Assembly: GCA_015488325.1 (NCBI GenBank)
Contig: WFOA01000010.1
Location: 15,945-79,944 of the forward strand
DNA from: Acidimicrobiia bacterium
GTDB lineage: Bacteria; Actinomycetota; Acidimicrobiia; Spongiisociales; ZC4RG35
Direction: 5' to 3'
DNA: 64,000 bases
The notes under the pieces were generated by a model. The model worked only from the letters and a program-made list of their open reading frames with translations. It was not told the DNA's origin and did no database searches. A program made the translations under genes and the position numbers. This document shows positions 1-9,222 of this stretch, one piece after another (within the stretch, counting starts at the first letter, position 1; the number at the start of each line of letters is the position of its first letter).

Positions 1-1413
1 CACCTCGGCGGTCCGGTCGTCGACCCACGCGAACAGCGCCTCGTCTCCCCGTCCCAGACCGTCGACGACGAACACGCAGGCCGACCAGCCTTCGGCGTAG
101 CGGGCCAGGTCGTCGGGGGTCGGGTCGCCGCTCGGGTAGCCGATGGCGGTGACGCCGAGCATCAGTTCGGTGACCGCTGGTTTCCGGGAGATGACCGGTT
201 CCGTCTCCACCCGTCCGGCGGCGTCCCGATGGGCCTGGTAGAAGTCGAGCTCCTTCGTCGAAGGGCCGATGCTCTGGACGAAGCCGGACAGCCCGGCCGC
301 CAAAGCGACGGCTGCCATCGTCGCCAGGATCCCGTAGACGACACGCCGCTTCGTCGCCGCCGAACGGACCCGGTCTGCGGCCAGGCCGCCGAGCCGGTCG
401 AAGGCCACCGCCAGTCCCCCGAGGAGGACCGGGGCGACGGGGACGACGAGGCGGACCGACTCGGTGACCCTGATCGGCCAGGCCAGCAGGAGGAGGAGGT
501 ACACGGCGGTGCCCGAGACGACATCCCATCGGAAGGGTCGGGAACGACCGAGCAGACCCCACGCCATCGCCGCCAGGGTGGCGGCGGCGAGGGCCGGGCC
601 GAGGGGTGTCGCCAACACCCGGTAGGGCCAGACCAGTCGGGGGACGCCGTACCGTCCGAAGGTGACGATCCCCGACCCTATCTGGCGGGCGACGGAGGCG
701 ACGGGGCCGGCGGTCGCCGCGTTGGCGTCGTAGATGCTCTCGGCGATCTCGACGTAGCTCGGGTCGGCGACCGGCCCGGTGGCGAAATGGGCTGCGGCGG
801 CGCCGAGGATCAGGACCAGCGCCACGATGGCGACCCGGAGCCGGCGGCGGAGGCGGAGCAGCCACAGGATCCCGAAGAAGGGTGCGACGGCGATGCGGAC
901 GGCGACGGCCGCACCGGTGATGGCCGCCGCCCACATCCCCCGGCGGTCGTCCGCCAACAACACGAGGGCGACGAAGGCGAGCACGACCGGTTCGGGGTTG
1001 ATACCCCGGAGGAACCCGAGTCCGGCCTGACCGAGAGCGAAGGCTGCCGTCACGCCCAGGGAGGCCCAGGCCGTCGCCCGGAGACGGACCACCCGGTAGG
1101 TGAGGGCCAGGGCCGCCACCGCCACCCCCACCGTGAGGACCTCGATGGCCACCGTCGCCGCCGCCGGGTCGCCTCCGGTCGCCCACAGGACCGGGACGAG
1201 GAGGATCGGCAGACCGGGGCTGTACCGGGACCGGGCGACGTCGCCTTCGGAGAAGGCGATGGCGTCCCGCAGGTAGTAGGTGCCGTTGCCGAGCTCCAGG
1301 TCGGGGCCGACCCGGGCCAGTTGGAGGAGGGCGAAGCCGACGAGGACGACGACCAGCCAGAACCGTTCGTCGAATCGGATGATGCGGCGTGCCGGCTCCG
1401 CCTCAGTCGTCAC
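1..1413 (-). CDS. Polytopic integral membrane protein, 3' end beyond window edge (possible GT-C-like or glycan-modifying membrane protein; function uncertain)
   Basis: Absent from the ORF track because it runs off the window. The reverse frame from GTG at 1413 reads VTTEAEPARRIIRFDERFWLVVVLVGFALLQLARVGPDLELGNGTYYLRDAIAFSEGDVARSRYSPGLPILL... and stays open to nt 1 (...GLGRGDEALFAWVDDRTAEV). Many hydrophobic segments. The start overlaps the upstream gene's stop by 11 nt. Confidence 0.6.
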   Translation of the reverse strand, partial: MTTEAEPARRIIRFDERFWLVVVLVGFALLQLARVGPDLELGNGTYYLRDAIAFSEGDVARSRYSPGLPILLVPVLWATGGDPAAATVAIEVLTVGVAVAALALTYRVVRLRATAWASLGVTAAFALGQAGLGFLRGINPEPVVLAFVALVLLADDRRGMWAAAITGAAVAVRIAVAPFFGILWLLRLRRRLRVAIVALVLILGAAAAHFATGPVADPSYVEIAESIYDANAATAGPVASVARQIGSGIVTFGRYGVPRLVWPYRVLATPLGPALAAATLAAMAWGLLGRSRPFRWDVVSGTAVYLLLLLAWPIRVTESVRLVVPVAPVLLGGLAVAFDRLGGLAADRVRSAATKRRVVYGILATMAAVALAAGLSGFVQSIGPSTKELDFYQAHRDAAGRVETEPVISRKPAVTELMLGVTAIGYPSGDPTPDDLARYAEGWSACVFVVDGLGRGDEALFAWVDDRTAEV

Positions 1414-2890
1414 GCACGGTCACCTTCCGAGGCACCATGCGGCCACCCGTGTCGTCGGCGGAGACCTCCTCCAGGTATTCGGCGTCCTGGTTGACCCGCC
1501 ACTGGTCCCATTCCTGACCCGCCAGGTTCCGGGCGGCCATGAGTCCGGTCATCATGGCATGGTCCTGGTTGTTGTATTTGTGCATGCCGTTGCGGCCGCA
1601 GAGCTGGAGGTTGTCGAACTCGGCGTCGAGGTAGCTGCGGATCACCGCCACGTTGGCGGCGTATTCCTCGTCGTAGACGGGGTACGCCTTGTGCACCCGG
1701 ATCACCGTGCCGTCGATCACCTTGTCCGAGTCGATGAGCCCGATGGAGGCGAGCTCGCGGGATCCCCGCTCCAGCAGCTCCTCGTCGGTGGCGTCCCACA
1801 GGTCGTCGCCTTCGTTGCAGAAGTACTCCAACCCGAGGGCGGTGTGCCGCTGATCGGGCACCATCTCCGGCGACCAGTTCTTGAAGTTCTGGACCCTGCC
1901 CACCCGGACGGACGGGTCGTGGATGTAGATCCAGTTGTCCGGGAACACGTCCGGGTCGTCGAGGACGAGGACGACGGTGAGGAAGTCCCGATAGCGAAGG
2001 GCCCGGGCGGCGTCGAGGACCTCCGACGGCGGTTTCGGGCGGAGACCTTCGACGAGGGCACGGATCGGCATCGACGACACCATGGCGTCGACGGCGACCC
2101 GGCGCGACTCCGTCGCCGTCTCCACTTCGAGGGCCACCACCCGCCCACCGTCGTGGTGGATCTCCGCGACGCGGGTTCCCAACTGGACCGACACGCCTCG
2201 GGCGGCGAGGTCTTCGGCGACCCGTTCCCACATCATCCCGGGGCCGAGGCGGGGGTATTCGAACTCTTCGATGAGGGTCTTGACGATCTCTCCCCGTTGA
2301 CCGAACAGCGCTTGTTTCACCGCTCGGAACAGGGAGAGCCCTTTGATGCGCTGCGCCGCCCAGTCGGCCGAGATCTCCGAACAGGGCATCCCCCACACCT
2401 TCTCGGTGTAGGTCTTGAAGAAGATCTCGTAGAGCCGGCGACCGAAATGGGCGACGACCCAGTCCTCGAAGGAGACGATGTTTCGTTTCGGACGAAGCGT
2501 CGACGCCAGGTAGGAGAATCCACATCGGGCGGCTTCGACGACCCCGAGCTTGCGGAGGGCGTCTTTGGCGTCGAGGGGGTAGCGGAAAAACCGGCCCCGG
2601 TAGTAGATCCGGGACATCCGCTGGCGGACCAGGAAGTCCTCGTCGGGCAGGAACCGATGCCACAGTTCACGGATCTCGTCGCTCTTGGTGAAGAAACGGT
2701 GTCCACCGATGTCGAAGCGGTACCCGCCGTAGCGTTCGGTTCGTGACAGCCCTCCGACGAGGCTCGGATGAGCCTCGAACACCGTCGGTCGCAGCCCCAG
2801 CCGGTCCAGCTCCCAGGCGGCGGTGAGCCCCGCCGGCCCGGCGCCGACCACCCCGATCGTCCCTGAAGATCCGTCGCCCATCGCTCCCAT
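1403..2890 (-). CDS. NAD(P)/FAD-dependent oxidoreductase (amine-oxidase / UDP-galactopyranose-mutase-like fold)
   Basis: 495-aa ORF. N-terminal dinucleotide-binding motif IGVVGAGPAGLTAAWEL, then RFDIGGHRFF and FEYPRLGPGMMWE, typical of this flavoenzyme family. High GC3 coding frame. Confidence 0.8.
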   Translation of the reverse strand: MGAMGDGSSGTIGVVGAGPAGLTAAWELDRLGLRPTVFEAHPSLVGGLSRTERYGGYRFDIGGHRFFTKSDEIRELWHRFLPDEDFLVRQRMSRIYYRGRFFRYPLDAKDALRKLGVVEAARCGFSYLASTLRPKRNIVSFEDWVVAHFGRRLYEIFFKTYTEKVWGMPCSEISADWAAQRIKGLSLFRAVKQALFGQRGEIVKTLIEEFEYPRLGPGMMWERVAEDLAARGVSVQLGTRVAEIHHDGGRVVALEVETATESRRVAVDAMVSSMPIRALVEGLRPKPPSEVLDAARALRYRDFLTVVLVLDDPDVFPDNWIYIHDPSVRVGRVQNFKNWSPEMVPDQRHTALGLEYFCNEGDDLWDATDEELLERGSRELASIGLIDSDKVIDGTVIRVHKAYPVYDEEYAANVAVIRSYLDAEFDNLQLCGRNGMHKYNNQDHAMMTGLMAARNLAGQEWDQWRVNQDAEYLEEVSADDTGGRMVPRKVTVRDD

Positions 2891-2986
2891 CCCCTGTCGG
2901 ACGCCTCACGTTAGCCCAGATCGGAGAGAGCTCTATGGGTCGATCGACCTATGCGCCGGTGATGCTCCCCCGGGCTGCGTTCCGGC

Positions 2987-5200
2987 TCACGGGGCGAGGT
3001 AGGAGTGGAGGGCGTCCCCCACGGTCTCGGAGACGACCCCCGGACCTCCGAGGATGAAGATGCGGCGAGGGGCGAGCCGACCCAGCTCGGTGGCCGTCGC
3101 CCCCGGGATGGCGTCGGGACGGGTGAGGAGCACGGGACGTCCTCCGAGGCCTCCGGGGGGTCCGCCGGCGAGGGCGTCGGGATAGTCGAGACCGGTGGCG
3201 ACCAGGACTTCCTCGGCGGTGGCGAAGCTCCCCTGGGAGACCGCCGCCGCCGTGGCGTACCGGTCGGCGCCGGCCCTCCGCACGACGGTGTAGTCGGCCG
3301 CCAGGCTCGCCTCGACGTCCGAGGAGATCACCCCGGTTCCCCCGAGGAGCACCACCGTGGACACCCCCAGATCCGCCAGGGCCTGGCGGGTCACCGTCGG
3401 GACCTGATCGGTACGGGTGAGAAGCAGCGGCCCCGGGATCGAGCCGGCGGCGGGGGCACCGGCGAGGGCGTCCGGGTAGTTCTCCCCGGTGGCCAGGTAG
3501 GCGGTGGAGGCACCCGAAGGCCACTGGCCGGAGGCCACCGCCGCCGCCGTGGCGTACCGGTCGGGCCCGGCCCACCGCACCACCGCCGGGTTGGAAGGGA
3601 GCCCCGCCAACGCCGCCGCCACCGCGTCGGAGATCACCCCGGTCCCGCCGACGATCACCACGGTCTTCGGGGCGAGGCGAACCAGCTCCGCCAGGGTGGC
3701 CGACGGGACGGCGTCGGTGCGTACCAGCAGCACCGGGGCGGAGGCCGCCGCCGCCGCCGGTCCGGCGGCGAGGGCGTCGGGATAGTTGAGACCGGTGGCG
3801 ACGAACACGGTGGCGGCGCCGTCGGGGAAGAAATACGAGGAGACGGCCGCCGCCGTCCCGTACCGGTCGGCGGCCCACAGGCGGATGACGCTGAACGCCT
3901 CGCCGACGAAGACGTCGCCTTCGGCGTTGGTGTCGTCGCCCACCAGGTTCGACGCGAAGGAGTCGAAGGCGACGAACCGTCCGTCGTCGGAGACGGAAGC
4001 CGCCAGAGAGTCGCTGTTGGAGGGGGTGCCGTCGGAGGCCACCGACACCAGTTCGGCCCGGTTCGTCTGACGGTCGTAGACGAACACGTCCCGCCGGCCG
4101 TTGGTGTCGTCGGCCACCAGGTTCGAGGCGTAGGAGTCGAAGGCGACGAACCGTCCGTCGGCCGAGATCGAGGCGTCCTGGGAGGCACCGTCGGCCTCGG
4201 TGCCGTCGAAACCGACCGAGACCCGTTCGACGGTGTCGGTCTGGCGGTCGTAGACGAACACGTCCTTCGTCCCGTTGGTGTCCCCCGCCACCAGGTTCGT
4301 CGCCGACGACTCGAAGGCCACGTACCGGCCGTCGGCCGAGATCGAGGCGAAGAAGGAGTCGGCGTCCCCCTCGGTACCGTCGGAGGCGACCGAGACCCGT
4401 TCGACGGTGTCGGCCTGACGGTCGTAGACGAACACGTCGCGGGCTCCGTTGGTGTCCCCGGCCACCAGGTTCGAGGCCCACGAGTCGAACGCCACGAACC
4501 GTCCGTCGTCGGAGAGGACGGGAAGCACCGACGAGGCGTTGCCCTGCGTCCCTCCCGACGCCACCGACACCCGTTCGATGGTGTCGGTCTGACGGTCGTA
4601 GACGAACACGTCGGTGTTGGCGTTGGTGTCTCCCGGCACCAGGTTCGTCGCCGACGATTCGAAGGCCACGTACCGGCCGTCCCCGGAGATGGAGGGGAAA
4701 CGGGCCGGCCCGTTGCTCTCCGCACCGTCCCAGGCGATCGACACCCGTTCGACGGTGTCGGTCTGACGGTCGTAGACGAACACGTCCGAGATGCCGTTGG
4801 TGTCCCCCGCCACCAGGTTCGTCGCCGACGACTCGAAGGCCACGTACCGGCCGTCTGTCGACAGCGACGGATGGAGGGAACTGGCATCGCCCTGGGTGCC
4901 GTCCGAAGCCACCGACACCCGCTCCACCGCACCGGTCCAGCGGTCGTAGACGAAGATGTCGGCGGTGGCGTTGGTGTCCCCCGCCACCAGGTTCGTCGCC
5001 CACGACTCGAAGGCCACGTACCGGCCGTCCCCCGAGATGGACGCGAACAGCGAGTATCCGTCACCTTCGGTCCCGTCGCCCGCCACCGACACCCGGTCGG
5101 TCACTACCCGGGCGGCCGAGACAGGCCGCACGCCGACGACGCCGGCGACCAGGGCCACGACGCCGATCCCGGCGATCCACCGTCTCGTCTTCGAGGTCAC
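2987..5200 (-). CDS. Secreted cell-wall-associated protein: 7 PD40/TolB-like beta-propeller repeats plus 3 C-terminal CWB2 (cell wall binding repeat 2) domains
   Basis: Signal/TM segment KTRRWIAGIGVVALVAGVVGV. Seven repeats carry DGR[YF]VAF[ED]S..[ST]NLV.[GD]DTN...D[VI]FVYDR. Three repeats of ..DRY.TAAAV....F.......[VL]ATG..YPDAL...P.A......P[VL]LL.R.D..P. GTG at 5200 is preferred (GGAGGG 5 nt upstream); an alternative ATG lies at 5248. Confidence 0.85.
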   Translation of the reverse strand: MTSKTRRWIAGIGVVALVAGVVGVRPVSAARVVTDRVSVAGDGTEGDGYSLFASISGDGRYVAFESWATNLVAGDTNATADIFVYDRWTGAVERVSVASDGTQGDASSLHPSLSTDGRYVAFESSATNLVAGDTNGISDVFVYDRQTDTVERVSIAWDGAESNGPARFPSISGDGRYVAFESSATNLVPGDTNANTDVFVYDRQTDTIERVSVASGGTQGNASSVLPVLSDDGRFVAFDSWASNLVAGDTNGARDVFVYDRQADTVERVSVASDGTEGDADSFFASISADGRYVAFESSATNLVAGDTNGTKDVFVYDRQTDTVERVSVGFDGTEADGASQDASISADGRFVAFDSYASNLVADDTNGRRDVFVYDRQTNRAELVSVASDGTPSNSDSLAASVSDDGRFVAFDSFASNLVGDDTNAEGDVFVGEAFSVIRLWAADRYGTAAAVSSYFFPDGAATVFVATGLNYPDALAAGPAAAAASAPVLLVRTDAVPSATLAELVRLAPKTVVIVGGTGVISDAVAAALAGLPSNPAVVRWAGPDRYATAAAVASGQWPSGASTAYLATGENYPDALAGAPAAGSIPGPLLLTRTDQVPTVTRQALADLGVSTVVLLGGTGVISSDVEASLAADYTVVRRAGADRYATAAAVSQGSFATAEEVLVATGLDYPDALAGGPPGGLGGRPVLLTRPDAIPGATATELGRLAPRRIFILGGPGVVSETVGDALHSYLAP
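3893..5110 (-). repeat. Seven in-frame tandem coding repeats with an exact 174-nt (58-aa) period (propeller blades)
   Basis: The DGR[YF]VAF motif recurs at residues 74, 132, 190, 248, 306, 364 and 422 of the 753-aa track ORF. The period is a constant 58 aa with no indels. Confidence 0.85.
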
Positions 5201-5287
5201 CGAAACCCTCCACTCGTCCCCGTCGACACCTGTCGGACAGCGATGCACTCTAGCTTCCGCGCCTCCCCGGTCGAGGCCCAGTTCGGG

Positions 5288-6130
5288 TCAGAGTCGGCGG
5301 CCCCAGACCGCCAGGTCGAGGGAGGTGAGTTCCGACAGGTTACGGACCGACGCGTCGAGGCGGGCCGTCACCGACCCGGGAAGCGGCTGGTCCCGGGATT
5401 CCGCCCGCAGCCGTTCGGCCATCGGATCCCGGCGGAGCAGGAGGGGACGTACGAGCTTGCGGATCGCCCGGGGGGTGACCGGTTCGAGGCGCCGCAGCAG
5501 GCGGCTGTCGTACAGGCGCCTCATGAGGGGCGTGTAGTCGGGTTTGTCGGCGGTGACGTTCACGGCGACCCGGGGGTGGGGACTCGGCGGCAGATCCAGG
5601 AACGCCAGCACCTCGCTCCAGGCCGGATGCTCGCCGTCGACCAGATGTTCCATCTGGACGACCAGGAGCGCCTCGGTCCCGAACCGTTCGAGGAAGGGAG
5701 CCAGGGCCAGGTCGTAGAGGCTGCGGCGAACGTAGGGGTTGTCGGGTTCGGAGACGGCCTGGAGGAACGGTCGACGTTCCCTCCCATGATGCACTTCGTG
5801 CCGATAGTGGCTCCGCAGCCGGGTCTCCGGCTCCCGAAGCACACAGATGAGCCGCACCGACGGGCACATCTCGGCGATCCGAGCGGCGACCTCGGAGGCC
5901 ACCTGGGGGTCCGAGTACGCCACCGAAGCCTCCCCGGCGAGACCGTCGGTCGGGAACAGCGACCGGTAGCGCCGGTGGGCCCGGGAACCTGGCCCGTTGC
6001 CGGTGAGGAAGAACTCGGGTTCTTTCTCCCTGCACAGGATCGAACCCGACGCCTGCTGGAGCCACCGGAACAGGGCGGTGGTTCCCGATTTCATGGTGCC
6101 GACGATGATGAACTCGGGGTCGCGGCTCAT
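5288..6130 (-). CDS. Sulfotransferase family protein (PAPS-dependent)
   Basis: The N-terminal FIIVGTMKSGTTAL matches the 5'-PSB loop (P-loop-like K-x-G-T-T) of sulfotransferases. RLICVLREPETRLRSHY fits the 3'-PB region. ATG at 6130 is preferred over the upstream TTG at 6157. Confidence 0.75.
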   Translation of the reverse strand: MSRDPEFIIVGTMKSGTTALFRWLQQASGSILCREKEPEFFLTGNGPGSRAHRRYRSLFPTDGLAGEASVAYSDPQVASEVAARIAEMCPSVRLICVLREPETRLRSHYRHEVHHGRERRPFLQAVSEPDNPYVRRSLYDLALAPFLERFGTEALLVVQMEHLVDGEHPAWSEVLAFLDLPPSPHPRVAVNVTADKPDYTPLMRRLYDSRLLRRLEPVTPRAIRKLVRPLLLRRDPMAERLRAESRDQPLPGSVTARLDASVRNLSELTSLDLAVWGRRL

Positions 6131-6435
6131 CTCAGGCTGACGGCTCCGAGGACCCAAACCGTAGACGGACCGCCTCCCCCGGAACTCCGGGCGTCGGGAA
6201 ATCCGGCCCCGTCGTTCGACGGGGCCGTACGGTCGGCGGCGAACTCGGTCGGCGCGGGGGCGGGGCGGAAGGGATGTCGAGACACCTCCGTCGCGGTCTC
6301 GGTACGAGCCTAGCGGTCGCCCGATGGTGAACGTCGACGGACCCGGGACCGGACGAGTCCGGCCTCTGCGAACACCGTCCCCCTTTCCAGCATGAAGCCC
6401 CCGGGTAGCATGGGCGGTCGGTCAGACCAGCGGGA

Positions 6436-8226
6436 GTGATCATCGCCAGTCCAGGGCTTCGCCGAAGCCTCTCCGTCCTCCTCGAACCGGGACGCCGCGC
6501 CCGGTGGGGGTGGCTGGTGGTGCTCGCCGCCGTCAACGCCGCCGTCGAAGCCCTCGGCGCCCTCCTCATCTTCTTCGCCGTCAACCGGGTCACCCAGAGT
6601 CCGTCGACGACCCCCCTCGACGCCTGGTTCCCGCCCGGTTCAGACCGGGCCACCATGATGGTCGTGGCTGCGGTGATCGGCGGCTTCTTCCTCGCCCGTG
6701 CCGTCTTCACCGTCGGCCGCACGTGGTTCGAGCACCAGGTGATCCAACACACCGCCGCCCGCACCGCCGACCGCCTGTTCCGCCGCTACCTGGCCACTCC
6801 CTACCGTGTCCATCTGCGTCGAAGCTCGCCCGAGCTGATCCGCAACGCCATCACGTCGGTCGACGAAGTGGCGATGCGGTTCCTCACCCCCCTGGTGAGT
6901 GTCAGCGGCGAGGCCGTCATCGTCGTCGTGATGGTGGCGGTCCTCGCCGTCACGGCACCGGTGGTCACCGTCGTCGCCGCAGGAGCGATCGGCGTCGTCG
7001 GTTTCGCCCTCCTCCGGTTCGTGCGGGGACGCCTCCGGCAGGTGGGACGGCTGTCCGAGCGTTCCCAGCAGCGGTCCTTCGCCGCCATCCAACACGGACT
7101 CGGGGACCTGCGGAACATCAAGGTCTACGGCCGGGAACGGTTCTTCGCCGCCATCTTTCAGACCGAACGTCTCGGGTTCGCCCGGGCCCGCTACGAGATG
7201 GCCACCCTGTCGGTGGTGCCCCGGGTGGGGATCGAGACCCTCGTGTTCCTGATGGTGGTGGGGTTCCTCGCCGTCGCCTCCGCCGACGCCGCCGCCGAAT
7301 CCCTGTCGGTCCTGGGGCTCTTCGCCTACGCGGCCCTGCGGATCATGCCGGGCGTCAACCGGATCATCCACGGCCTCAACCGGATCCGGTTCGCCACCGC
7401 GGCCGTCGACAACGTGGTCGCCGACCTGAGCGGACCCGAACCGTCGCTTCCTCCCCTTCGCAACCGGGAGGCACCCCTCGAATGGTCGGCCGTCGTCTTC
7501 GAAGACGTCTCCTTCCGCTACGACGACGACGGACCGGAGGTGCTCTCGGGGATCGACCTGACCCTCCGCAAGGGGTCGTCGACGGGGCTGGTCGGTCCTA
7601 CCGGTGCCGGGAAGTCGACCCTCCTCGACCTGATCCTCGGTCTGTTGGAGCCGACCGGCGGGACGATCACCCTCGATGGACGTCCCCTCACCGACGTCCT
7701 CGACCGGTGGCAGGCGATGATCGGTCTCGTCTCCCAGGACATCTTCCTCCTCGACGACACCATCCGCCGAAACGTCGCCTTCGGGATCCCCGACGACGAG
7801 ATCGACGACGACAAGGTATGGAGGGCCCTCCGCCTCGCCCAGCTCGCCGACTTCGTGGAGCAGACCGACCGGGGTCTCGACACCCCGGTGGGCGAACGCG
7901 GGGTGTCGCTGTCGGGGGGACAGCGTCAGCGGGTGGCGATCGCCCGGGCCCTCTACCACGACCCCGAGATCCTCGTCTTCGACGAGGCCACCTCTTCGCT
8001 CGACCCCGTCACCGAACGGGACCTCCTCGACGCCATCGACCAGCTCGGACGAGACCGGACCGTCGTCATGGTCGCCCACCGGCTCTCCACCGTCGAACGC
8101 TGCGACCGGATCGTCGTCGTCGACGGTGGCCGGATCGTCGCCGAAGGGGACTTCGGGGAGCTGACCCGGGACAGCGCCCTGTTCCGCCGCCTCTCCGCCC
8201 CTACGAGGCTGCCCGAACCGACCTGA
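6436..8226 (+). CDS. ABC exporter, fused permease/ATPase (MsbA/type-1 exporter-like)
   Basis: 596 aa. N-terminal six-TM-type hydrophobic domain, Walker A GPTGAGKST, signature LSGGQRQR, Walker B ILVFDEATSSLD. Confidence 0.9.
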   Translation: MIIASPGLRRSLSVLLEPGRRARWGWLVVLAAVNAAVEALGALLIFFAVNRVTQSPSTTPLDAWFPPGSDRATMMVVAAVIGGFFLARAVFTVGRTWFEHQVIQHTAARTADRLFRRYLATPYRVHLRRSSPELIRNAITSVDEVAMRFLTPLVSVSGEAVIVVVMVAVLAVTAPVVTVVAAGAIGVVGFALLRFVRGRLRQVGRLSERSQQRSFAAIQHGLGDLRNIKVYGRERFFAAIFQTERLGFARARYEMATLSVVPRVGIETLVFLMVVGFLAVASADAAAESLSVLGLFAYAALRIMPGVNRIIHGLNRIRFATAAVDNVVADLSGPEPSLPPLRNREAPLEWSAVVFEDVSFRYDDDGPEVLSGIDLTLRKGSSTGLVGPTGAGKSTLLDLILGLLEPTGGTITLDGRPLTDVLDRWQAMIGLVSQDIFLLDDTIRRNVAFGIPDDEIDDDKVWRALRLAQLADFVEQTDRGLDTPVGERGVSLSGGQRQRVAIARALYHDPEILVFDEATSSLDPVTERDLLDAIDQLGRDRTVVMVAHRLSTVERCDRIVVVDGGRIVAEGDFGELTRDSALFRRLSAPTRLPEPT

Positions 8227-8237
8227 TCCGAACTGCC

Positions 8238-9140
8238 TCAGGCCGACGGCCCCGGCAGCGGCGGCGGGAACCTGAGGTGGCGGAGGTCGCTCCCCGCCAC
8301 CGCCAACCGGAGGTAGGCACCGAGCCGTTCACGTCCGCCATGCCATCCGATCCCCCGGAGGATCTGGATGGCTCGGAGCGAAGCCGGAGAGAACCAGATG
8401 CGGTAGTAGGTGGCCCGGCCCGACATCTGGCGGAGGGAACGGGCACCCGAGTCGTAGACGGCGCTGGTGGCCACCCCCTGGGTGTGTACGCACACGGCAC
8501 CGGGGACGCTGACCCGTCGATAGCCGAGGGCGGCCAGGCGCCGGCTCAGATCGATGTCCTCTCCATACAGGAAGAAGGCGGGATTGAATCCGCCGACTTC
8601 CCGCAGCAGGTCGGTGGGTCCCAGGAGGCACGCACCCACCAGCCAGGCGACGTCGTGGGGCTCCTCCGACGCCGGATAGGTGACGTCCGCCAGGCCGACC
8701 AGCCTCCGAAGCCGCTGCCACTCCTCCGACCATCCGGGGAACCGGTAGCGGGCGCTGGGTGCCGGGGTGCCGTCTTCCCCGACGATGCGGGGACCGACCA
8801 GACCGATCGTCGGATCCGACGAGAGGGTGTCGATGAGCAGACGGATCGAGTCGGTGTCGATGACGGCGTCGTCGTTCATGATCAGCGCCCAGGTGCCCCG
8901 GGCTTCGACGAGGCCTCGGTTCACGGCCCTGCCGAAACCGACGTTGTCGTCGTTGACGAGCACCCTGCCCCGCCGGAGGACCCTGCGGGCTTCGGAGACG
9001 GTGTCGTCGGAGGAGGCGTTGTCGACGACCAGCAGCTCGGCGTCGAAGGGCTCGAGCGCGGCCTCCATCGCCTCCAGGTTGGCGGCGATGTCCCGACCCG
9101 AGTTGTAGGTTACGGTGATGAAGGTCAGCTCTGTGGCCAT
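8238..9140 (-). CDS. Glycosyltransferase family 2
   Basis: Internal ATG at 9140 gives MATELTFITVTYNSGRDI...LLVVDNASSDDT...NDDNVGFG...MNDDAV, a GT2 GT-A signature with DxD. The upstream part of the track ORF is R/S/T-rich and looks non-coding. Confidence 0.85.
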   Translation of the reverse strand: MATELTFITVTYNSGRDIAANLEAMEAALEPFDAELLVVDNASSDDTVSEARRVLRRGRVLVNDDNVGFGRAVNRGLVEARGTWALIMNDDAVIDTDSIRLLIDTLSSDPTIGLVGPRIVGEDGTPAPSARYRFPGWSEEWQRLRRLVGLADVTYPASEEPHDVAWLVGACLLGPTDLLREVGGFNPAFFLYGEDIDLSRRLAALGYRRVSVPGAVCVHTQGVATSAVYDSGARSLRQMSGRATYYRIWFSPASLRAIQILRGIGWHGGRERLGAYLRLAVAGSDLRHLRFPPPLPGPSA

Positions 9141-9222
9141 GCCGAGCCCGTTCCGTTCCGCGACTCCGTCCCAACACGGTAGCCCACCGGAGACCCCCCC
9201 TTCCGTCGGCGAGGAAGCGGCG

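Noticed and set aside
229-1494. 421-aa plus-strand ORF at the left edge
   Set aside because: Its G/D/R/E-rich composition looks like junk. The reverse strand encodes a coherent polytopic membrane protein coupled to the upstream gene.
2938-2949. 12-bp perfect palindrome GGTCGATCGACC downstream of the propeller gene
   Set aside because: It is short, has no loop and could arise by chance in GC-rich DNA. It is not convincing as a terminator or operator.
3893-5110. Regular 174-nt DNA repeats (and the 42-45-nt repeats at 45336..45440) as a possible CRISPR or satellite array
   Set aside because: The repeats are contiguous, in frame and encode protein repeats. There is no repeat-spacer structure and there are no cas genes.
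3005-6313. 1102-aa plus-strand ORF (and the 684-aa and 469-aa minus-strand alternate-frame ORFs) overlapping the propeller/CWB2 and sulfotransferase genes
   Set aside because: Their composition is dominated by R/G/P/H/D with no motifs. They are shadow ORFs of a high-GC region, and the opposite or alternate frame encodes clear repeat and domain architecture.
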